A stretch of 64,000 bases of DNA from Ranitomeya imitator (taxonomy: Eukaryota), in assembly GCF_032444005.1 (NCBI RefSeq), contig NC_091290.1:20646001-20710000 (forward strand), given 5' to 3'. The notes below the pieces were generated by a model, which saw only the letters and a list, made by a program, of their open reading frames with translations, searched no databases and was not told the origin of the DNA. Made by a program: the position numbers and the translations under genes. Of this stretch, positions 60,301 to 64,000 are shown piece by piece. Numbering within the stretch: the stretch's first letter is position 1; each line of letters opens with the position of its first letter.

Positions 60301-62966
60301 ATCACCCCCTTTATGAATTGGTAGGTTGTGAGTGGTTGTCTCATCATTACTGTGCATCGGTGTTGCCATCATCTTTATTATATGGGTTTGCTGCATCTTG
60401 ATGCCCTTTCTGTCTATGATAATATCTTCTAGGCCCCCCAGGCAGCAAGACCTGGGTACAGCTTAAACCTCTGCACCCCTATGAAATAACCAATATATTT
60501 TACTTATTTCACCATGTATTATTATTGTTTTTATCTTTATAAATACAATCTACCAGTACTTAGAAAGAATTGGAATAAAAATAACAACGTCTTGTTCTCT
60601 GAAGTTTTTAATGTTACATATATAGTGATAGTACCTGTACTGTAACTGGGGATCCAGTGGACCATTAAAATAAGAATGAGTCTTTGTTCCATCACCCACA
60701 CGAACACCTATCTTTTTTGACTGAGCAAAACTCATGATCGATTCTTCTTCGAGGATGTAGGTGACATAAATGTTGGTTAGCTTGTTCTTAAAATCATCGT
60801 ATGTTTTAGATAAAATGCCATCGGGTGGGCGGTCGTCTAAATAGGAAAATTAAAAATTTACATTAATTTACCATAATAGGCACAGAAAGTGAGAAGGACC
60901 CTCATGTAGAAAGCAGCAAACCATCACTGTGTGTTCTTAATAAATTGTGCTCCTCCACCATCTTCTTCCTTTTTTACTACACACTTAGCAGTCTGGCTAA
61001 GAGGTGAGGATCTTAAAAAGGGACTCCCATTATTAATTCAGAATTCCCAAGTAGTCTATATGCAAAAGTCTTGTATAAACTACAAATTTAAATGTGAGTT
61101 TTTTTAGTGAAGATTTGGATCACAATGTGTAAGCTCATCTGCCATGACCAGGCAATCTCATTCAGTTAGTACCCTATACTAATGTTATACCTCTCTTGGA
61201 CCTAAACCTCCTTCAGATGTACTTAGTATGGATATTGCGGCAGGTGGACTCACTCAGCTGCTCCCCGAGGTAGACACAGGAACCCTTCGTATTAAAGTCT
61301 CTGGGTGGTTTATTGCTTCATAAACCACAAAGCAAAGTAATAACACAAAACAGCCTTTCTGGCATAAATGAAAATAAAAAGTCTATACAAACAGTCCTTC
61401 CCAGTAAGGCTCCAGCCCTATGGGATGCAACACACTTCAACTCCAGAATTCCTTGCCTGAGGAGGTAGTGATGGCGAAATCAGTCGAGGGGTTCAAGAGA
61501 GGCCTGGATGTCTTCCTGGAGCGTAATAATATTGTGTCTTACAGTTATTAGGTTGTTTAGAAGGAGGTAGATCTGATGGAATATAGGCTGATCTGGATGG
61601 ACAAATGTCTTTTTTTGACCTTGCTAACTATGTTACTATGTGTTAGGTCTCGAGTTCCCACTTCTGCACAGGAGGAATCTCGGGCCGTCTCCGCTGCGGT
61701 CTCCCATTCCTATCCAGCCGCAGTGGAGTCTGCTCAGCAGGGACGTCGGTCCCAGCGTCTTGCTCGGTCTCGCTCTGTACAGAGAGTTACTGCTGCTTCT
61801 TCAGCTCCTGCCATTAAAGTCAGTGCTGGTCAGCAGCGAGCGGACTTCTCTGGGACTAAGTCCTTATTTGCGCACACTGAGCATGCCCAGGGCAAGATCT
61901 CCCGTTGGAGATCGAGGGTCATGTGCTCAGGATCTGCAGCGCATTCCATTGGTCCTCTTGGCAGGTCTTGGAAGGGCAAAGTTTCTGTGGCCACTTCCTG
62001 TCCTGCAACTATATAAACTGTGCATGACCGCACGGCCATGCGCTAGTGTACAATTATTATGTGTGTGTGTAGATGGATGTATGTCGATGGATGAAAGCTC
62101 CTAAATATCCCTCCCTAGAGTTGTTGATTGCTCGCGGATGATGGTAGCTCTCTAGCGCCCCACTATCCATCTGTATGTTACACACATCACAGCGTCCTTT
62201 AGCTGTGCCTGCCAGTACGGCGCTGTGCGCTTGCCTTGCGCTTTCCATACCCAAGCCTGGGTGGTTAGTGGCGTCCGTCAGTGCGGCATCGCACGCACTC
62301 TTGTGCTCTTATATTACTGTTAAGGTTCTTTTCACACCCAGTTGCGGTGTTGTGCCAGCAAGGGTCTAATCGGACTTCAATCCCTTTTGGGGTTAAGTTC
62401 GCTGACTACTTGCTCGCGCTCTATGTGCGGTACCGCGGTCCTGTGACTTAACAGGATCGCTTTCTTCACGTTGGGTGAGGTTTAACCCGAGTGTTTATAC
62501 TTTTAGTACCGCCATATAGTCTGCCATTTACTAGCAGCGGGTTTCGCCTGCACGGTGGACCCCGGACTGCGAACGCATCTATATCATCTTTCTTGGTGCG
62601 TTCCGCCAGTCCTAACACTATGTTAACTCCTGCCAGAGCTTGCGTCTGGAGACTTCATTCCTCCAAACAGAGATGAAAAACACAGCCGTTGGACATTTAA
62701 CTATGCCAGCCACACCCTTGAGATAGTTATATGGCGAGTGGGTGTCCCTCCCTTGTCTCACCTACTCACCAAAAACCCCAGACTCTTGTAATGACTGGTA
62801 GAACCCCCTTCAGCATATAGTATTCTGGAGAGAAACTTACCGGTCATTTCTGTTGTTACAACGACAGCATACGCCACTATGTCTCCGTAGGAAGCATGAA
62901 AAGGTGAAAACTCAACAGATATTGCACCACCAGATGGATCAGTCTGAATGTTGCTATCTGGCAGAC
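3004..62966 (-). CDS. PTPRJ-like: Multi-exon PTPRJ/CD148-like type I membrane protein (partial, 5' end outside window): 11 tandem juxtamembrane-domain modules + TM + non-catalytic repeat tail
   Basis: 39 exons with AG/GT boundaries, compatible phases and no internal stops. Module motifs [23 protein letters not shown] / [16 protein letters not shown] / [13 protein letters not shown] / VCIAGF / SFTSY resemble, from memory, human PTPRJ VKFSGFEASHGPIKAYAVILTT / TYEDFKKGASDTYVTY / YYNGKLEPLGSYR / ACVAGF / SFSRY. Orthology is not established. Confidence 0.88.
3257..3352 (-). CDS. Cytoplasmic exon L2 (96 nt, phase 2-2)
   Basis: tctttcag|G...GG|gtgagt; [31 protein letters not shown]. Confidence 0.8.
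3827..3871 (-). CDS. Cytoplasmic short exon S2 (45 nt, phase 2-2)
   Basis: acacgcag|T...GAG|gtgagt; [14 protein letters not shown]. Confidence 0.78.
4724..4834 (-). CDS. Cytoplasmic exon L1 (111 nt, phase 2-2)
   Basis: ttcttgcag|G...GG|gtaagt; [36 protein letters not shown]. Confidence 0.8.
5539..6539. mobile_element. Solo LTR (1001 bp)
   Basis: tgttagg...cctaaca termini with 5-bp TSD ACTAT; homologous in reverse orientation to 61641-62617. Confidence 0.85.
6861..6905 (-). CDS. Cytoplasmic short exon S1 (45 nt, phase 2-2)
   Basis: ccacacag|T...GAG|gtgagt; [14 protein letters not shown]; paralogous to 3827-3871. Confidence 0.78.
7697..7772 (-). CDS. Transmembrane exon (76 nt, phase 1-2)
   Basis: aattttag|GC...AAAG|gtaaaat; [21 protein letters not shown] followed by basic stop-transfer RRKK. 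Confidence 0.9.
8045..8355. mobile_element. MITE with tagtgatgag termini
   Basis: Foldback tagtgatgagtgagtatgct ... gagcatactcgctcatcacta; further copy at 8558-8863 and a half copy at ~10905-11067. Confidence 0.8.
8558..8863. mobile_element. MITE with tagtgatgag termini (second copy)
   Basis: tagtgatgagcgagtgtgctc ... gagtacactcgctcatcacta. Confidence 0.8.
9466..9644 (-). CDS. Module 11 exon C (179 nt), membrane-proximal
   Basis: AG/GT flanks; [59 protein letters not shown]. Confidence 0.9.
10073..10720. mobile_element. MITE fragment with internal (ccctaa)n-like repeats
   Basis: tta|ggcctgtttcac terminus related to the element ending at 351; right end not defined. Confidence 0.55.
11182..11817. 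mobile_element. TTAA-flanked foldback MITE (T2-MITE-like)
   Basis: agggaacctgtcacc ... ggtgacaggttccct; TTAA TSD; long internal inverted symmetry. Confidence 0.88.
12671..12872 (-). CDS. Module 11 exon B (202 nt)
   Basis: AG/GT flanks; [32 protein letters not shown]...[11 protein letters not shown]. Confidence 0.9.
13091..13289. mobile_element. Short foldback MITE
   Basis: gtgcagagacagactgccgtatttctcgtg ... cacgagaaatacggcagtctgtctctgccc; TA-flanked. Confidence 0.75.
13358..13486 (-). CDS. Module 11 exon A (129 nt)
   Basis: ctttccacag|AG...AATG|gtaagt; [42 protein letters not shown]. Confidence 0.88.
13809..19502 (+). mobile_element. Full-length Ty3/Gypsy chromovirus LTR retrotransposon (Tf1/sushi-like)
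   Basis: 750-bp LTRs at 13809-14558 and 18753-19502 (TG...CA; only one mismatch noticed by eye), flanking direct repeat AACAGG, polypurine tract just before 18753, internal gag-pol. Confidence 0.97.
14691..18773 (+). pseudogene. gag-pol polyprotein with one premature stop (TAG 18201-18203)
   Basis: CCHC knuckle [14 protein letters not shown], protease FVDSGA, RT YLDDIL, RNase H DAS, integrase HHCC and DDE, then GPY motif and chromodomain ([10 protein letters not shown]...YLVKWKGY) in the same frame after the stop. Start codon uncertain. Confidence 0.92.
19967..20145 (-). CDS. Module 10 exon C (179 nt)
   Basis: AG/GT flanks; [59 protein letters not shown]. Confidence 0.9.
20964..21165 (-). 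CDS. Module 10 exon B (202 nt)
   Basis: AG/GT flanks; nearly identical to module 9 exon B. Confidence 0.9.
21461..21592 (-). CDS. Module 10 exon A (132 nt)
   Basis: AG/GT flanks; [43 protein letters not shown]. Confidence 0.9.
21742..21926 (-). CDS. Module 9 exon C (185 nt, +6 nt in-frame duplication)
   Basis: AG/GT flanks; [37 protein letters not shown]...VKPSFT. Confidence 0.9.
21969..22975. mobile_element. Old TTAA-MITE just upstream of exon C, co-duplicated in modules 5-9
   Basis: ttaaaggggttgtccactac start also at ~27557, 35615 and 37739; inverted arms gtcatctgtgcctgtgagc / gctcacaggcacagatg; boundaries approximate. Confidence 0.6.
23390..24340 (-). mobile_element. Degraded Tc1-like remnant, co-duplicated (also ~20330-20830, ~28340-28830, ~35640-36380)
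   Basis: Paralogous blocks; the 20420-20611 copy translates to DDNG...[12 protein letters not shown] (SPDLNPIE-like). Confidence 0.55.
24370..25970. mobile_element. piggyBac-like element with its right end lost
   Basis: Starts ttaa|ccccttaacgacc at a TTAA that is uninterrupted in paralogous introns (28857, 36411). Contains (gggtta)n. No right TIR. Confidence 0.65.
26028..26229 (-). CDS. Module 9 exon B (202 nt)
   Basis: AG/GT flanks; [32 protein letters not shown]...[11 protein letters not shown]. Confidence 0.9.
26363..26893 (+). mobile_element. Non-autonomous Helitron (531 bp)
   Basis: 5' TC and 3' CTAG ends, hairpin cccgattct-tt-agaatcggg (26863-26882) near the 3' end, inserted between A and T with no TSD compared with empty paralogous sites (e.g. 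~21295). Internal gtccggagctaat repeats. Confidence 0.85.
27056..27187 (-). CDS. Module 9 exon A (132 nt)
   Basis: AG/GT flanks; [43 protein letters not shown]. Confidence 0.9.
27337..27515 (-). CDS. Module 8 exon C (179 nt)
   Basis: AG/GT flanks; [35 protein letters not shown]...VKPSFT. Confidence 0.9.
29189..29390 (-). CDS. Module 8 exon B (202 nt)
   Basis: AG/GT flanks; [32 protein letters not shown]...[11 protein letters not shown]. Confidence 0.9.
29688..29819 (-). CDS. Module 8 exon A (132 nt)
   Basis: AG/GT flanks; [43 protein letters not shown]. Confidence 0.9.
29967..30145 (-). CDS. Module 7 exon C (179 nt)
   Basis: AG/GT flanks; [35 protein letters not shown]...VEPSFT. Confidence 0.9.
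30716..32311 (-). mobile_element. Tc1-like DNA transposon (DD34E) with long TIRs, frameshifted transposase
   Basis: TIR cagtggggcaaaaaagtatttagtcagtc... (~200 bp) at both ends, TA flanks. Transposase 31943-30932 with [22 protein letters not shown], broken by a frameshift near 31520. Confidence 0.95.
32312..32358. repeat. (TA)n microsatellite
   Basis: Directly abuts the Tc1 TIR; other (TA)n runs at ~41900-41930 and ~49083-49127; (AAT)n at ~51284-51315. Confidence 0.95.
33020..33305. repeat. Minisatellite (~20-nt atatactacgtggctg(gg/tg)ca units)
   Basis: More than 10 degenerate tandem units inside the composite element. Confidence 0.85.
34626..34827 (-). CDS. Module 7 exon B (202 nt)
   Basis: AG/GT flanks; [32 protein letters not shown]...[11 protein letters not shown]. 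Confidence 0.9.
35126..35257 (-). CDS. Module 7 exon A (132 nt)
   Basis: AG/GT flanks; [43 protein letters not shown]. Confidence 0.9.
35395..35573 (-). CDS. Module 6 exon C (179 nt)
   Basis: AG/GT flanks; [35 protein letters not shown]...VEPSFS. Confidence 0.9.
36737..36938 (-). CDS. Module 6 exon B (202 nt)
   Basis: AG/GT flanks; [32 protein letters not shown]...[11 protein letters not shown]. Confidence 0.9.
37237..37365 (-). CDS. Module 6 exon A (129 nt)
   Basis: AG/GT flanks, 3-nt deletion; [42 protein letters not shown]. Confidence 0.9.
37517..37695 (-). CDS. Module 5 exon C (179 nt)
   Basis: AG/GT flanks; [59 protein letters not shown]. Confidence 0.9.
38447..38648 (-). CDS. Module 5 exon B (202 nt)
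   Basis: AG/GT flanks; [32 protein letters not shown]...[11 protein letters not shown]. Confidence 0.9.
38977..39163. mobile_element. hAT MITE (187 bp)
   Basis: TIR cagtgtttctcaactccagtcc / ggactggagttgagaaacactg; 8-bp TSD ATCTAAAG. Confidence 0.88.
39539..39670 (-). CDS. Module 5 exon A (132 nt)
   Basis: AG/GT flanks; [43 protein letters not shown]. Confidence 0.9.
41946..42076 (-). CDS. Module 4 exon C, shortened (131 nt, phase 2-1, new donor)
   Basis: [43 protein letters not shown] then AAAG|gtaatc. The original donor at 41814 would give 262 nt, out of frame and with a stop. Confidence 0.7.
42692..42893 (-). CDS. Module 4 exon B (202 nt)
   Basis: AG/GT flanks; [32 protein letters not shown]...[13 protein letters not shown]. 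Confidence 0.9.
43689..44644. mobile_element. piggyBac-like non-autonomous element
   Basis: ttaa|ccccttagtgac ... gtcattaagggg|ttaa. Confidence 0.75.
46110..47600 (-). mobile_element. Degenerate Gypsy pol fragment with integrase before RT (Gmr1-like)
   Basis: Integrase C-terminus ([17 protein letters not shown], 47246-47600) precedes RT ([48 protein letters not shown]). Stops and frameshifts present; ends approximate. Confidence 0.8.
47886..48017 (-). CDS. Module 4 exon A (132 nt)
   Basis: AG/GT flanks; [43 protein letters not shown]. Confidence 0.9.
48625..48803 (-). CDS. Module 3 exon C (179 nt)
   Basis: AG/GT flanks; [59 protein letters not shown]. Confidence 0.9.
49245..49446 (-). CDS. 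Module 3 exon B (202 nt)
   Basis: AG/GT flanks; [32 protein letters not shown]...[11 protein letters not shown]. Confidence 0.9.
49585..50400 (-). mobile_element. 5'-truncated CR1 LINE (RT C-terminus + 3' end)
   Basis: [17 protein letters not shown]...[12 protein letters not shown]...[24 protein letters not shown]...[17 protein letters not shown]; ends approximate. Confidence 0.88.
53758..53889 (-). CDS. Module 3 exon A (132 nt)
   Basis: AG/GT flanks; [43 protein letters not shown]. Confidence 0.9.
54087..54719. mobile_element. TTAA-flanked foldback MITE, same family as 11182-11817
   Basis: agggaacttgtcacc ... gacaggttccct; TTAA TSD. Confidence 0.85.
55505..55683 (-). CDS. Module 2 exon C (179 nt)
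   Basis: AG/GT flanks; [59 protein letters not shown]. Confidence 0.9.
55942..58457 (+). mobile_element. Degenerate Tc1/mariner element, DD37E (TRT-like), interrupted by a MITE
   Basis: TIR ttccaaattattat(a/g)caaat at both ends; transposase remnants FTDE and DNAPSH...[15 protein letters not shown] (37 aa between D and E); several frameshifts. Confidence 0.8.
57186..58148. mobile_element. MITE (PIF/Harbinger-like, tentative) nested in the DD37E element
   Basis: TIRs ggccatgttcacac / gtgtgaacataccc, TTA on both sides, internal (gggtag/gggtta)n. Confidence 0.7.
58507..58708 (-). CDS. Module 2 exon B (202 nt)
   Basis: AG/GT flanks; [32 protein letters not shown]...[11 protein letters not shown]. 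Confidence 0.9.
59548..59655 (-). CDS. Module 2 exon A, shortened (108 nt, phase 1-1, alternative acceptor)
   Basis: The paralogous acceptor is deleted. ttaatttacag|GTTCACAA gives in-frame [35 protein letters not shown]; donor gtaag. Confidence 0.7.
60010..60188 (-). CDS. Module 1 exon C (179 nt, phase 2-1)
   Basis: AG/GT flanks; [36 protein letters not shown]...ESTYT. Confidence 0.9.
60635..60836 (-). CDS. Module 1 exon B (202 nt, phase 1-2)
   Basis: AG/GT flanks; [32 protein letters not shown]...[13 protein letters not shown]. Confidence 0.9.
61440..61640 (+). mobile_element. CR1 3'-end fragment
   Basis: ggaggtagtgatggcgaaatcagtcgaggggttcaagagaggcctggatg... ending in an (actatgtt)n tail. 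Confidence 0.65.
61641..62617. mobile_element. Solo LTR (977 bp), same family as 5539-6539
   Basis: tgttagg...cctaaca termini, 5-bp TSD CTATG, inserted in a CR1 tail. Confidence 0.85.
62841..62966 (-). CDS. Module 1 exon A (126 nt, phase 1-1)
   Basis: ttatgcag|GT...ACCG|gtaagt; [41 protein letters not shown]. Confidence 0.9.
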
Positions 62967-63078
62967 CTGCATAAAACATATTTATAGGATTGAGAAATAT
63001 GTAAATTATCACAGTAATATATTTTTATATTCTTTACTTTAAAATCCTTAAACATTGAACTAGTAACAATAACAGTAA

Positions 63079-63403
63079 GGCTACGTTCACACTAGCGTTG
63101 TGCGCCGCTGCGTCGGCGACGCAACGCACCGAAAAACGCGTGCAAACGCACGCAAAAACGCTGCGTTTTTCGACGCGTGCGTCGTTTTTTGACGAAAATC
63201 GGACGCAAGAAAAATGCAACTTGTTGCGTTTTCTTGGTCTGACGCTAGCGTCAAAAAAAAAGACGCACGTGTCGGAAAACGCAACAAGCAAAAACGCATG
63301 CGTCCCCCATGTTAAACATAGGGGCGCATGACGCGTGCGTCGCCGCTGCGTCACCCGACGCTAGCGCGACACACACTAGCCGAACGCTAGTGTGAACGTA
63401 GCC
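63079..63403. mobile_element. Foldback MITE (Harbinger-like, tentative)
   Basis: ggctacgttcacactagcg ... cgctagtgtgaacgtagcc. Confidence 0.78.
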
Positions 63404-63551
63404 TTACCAATGTAATATTTTTATAATACTCATGAAAACAAGAATCTATATAATATATCTTATCAGAGATAAAATTCGCTTCATTCTCCTCCTGGTCTTA
63501 TATTCAATTCTCAATAAACTCAATTCACAGATAAAATCTGTCTTCAGTTAA

Positions 63552-64000
63552 GGTACCTTCACACATAACGATATCGTTAACGATATCGTTGCTTTTTGTG
63601 ACGTAGCAACGATATCGTTAAGGAAATCGTTCTGTGTGACAGCGACCAACGATCAGGCCCCTGCTGGGAGATCGTTGGTCGCTGAGGAAAGTCCAGAACT
63701 TTATTTCGTCGCTGGACTCCCTGCAGACATTGCTGGATCGGCGTGTGTGACACCGATCCAGCGATGTCTTCACTGGTAACCAGGGTAAACATTGGGTTAC
63801 TAAGCGCAGGGCCGCGCTTAGTAACCCGATGTTTACCCTGGTTACCAGCGTAAAAGTAAAAAAAAAAAACACTACATACTTACCTACCGCTGTCTGTCCC
63901 CGGCGCTCAGCTTCTCTGCACTCCTCCTGCACTGGCTGTGAGCGTCGGTCAGCCGGAAAGCAGAGCGGTGACGTCACCGCTCTGCTTTCCGGCCGCTGTG
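63552..64000. mobile_element. MITE running off the window end; same family as ~440-783
   Basis: ggtaccttcacacataacgatatcg terminus; internal palindrome gtaaccagggtaaa...ttaccctggttac. Confidence 0.75.

Overview
Eukaryotic (vertebrate, most likely frog) genomic DNA, dense in transposons. The window lies inside one large minus-strand gene, which I assembled by hand from GT-AG splice sites and reading-frame phase. It has 11 tandem copies of a three-exon module (A ~132 nt, B 202 nt, C ~179 nt; ~169 aa) that matches the membrane-proximal extracellular domain of the receptor tyrosine phosphatase PTPRJ (CD148/DEP-1). These are followed by a transmembrane exon and five short duplicated cytoplasmic exons with no phosphatase motif. 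All 39 exons are open and phase-compatible (6,034 nt, ~2,010 codons). The 5' end of the gene lies beyond position 64000. Two modules appear to have been rescued in frame by newly recruited splice sites. The introns hold a young full-length self-priming chromovirus (Ty3/Gypsy), two solo LTRs, a Gmr1-like fragment, Tc1 DD34E and DD37E elements, a Helitron, hAT and piggyBac-like elements, CR1 fragments and many MITEs. Family assignments come from motif recognition and memory; no database search was run.
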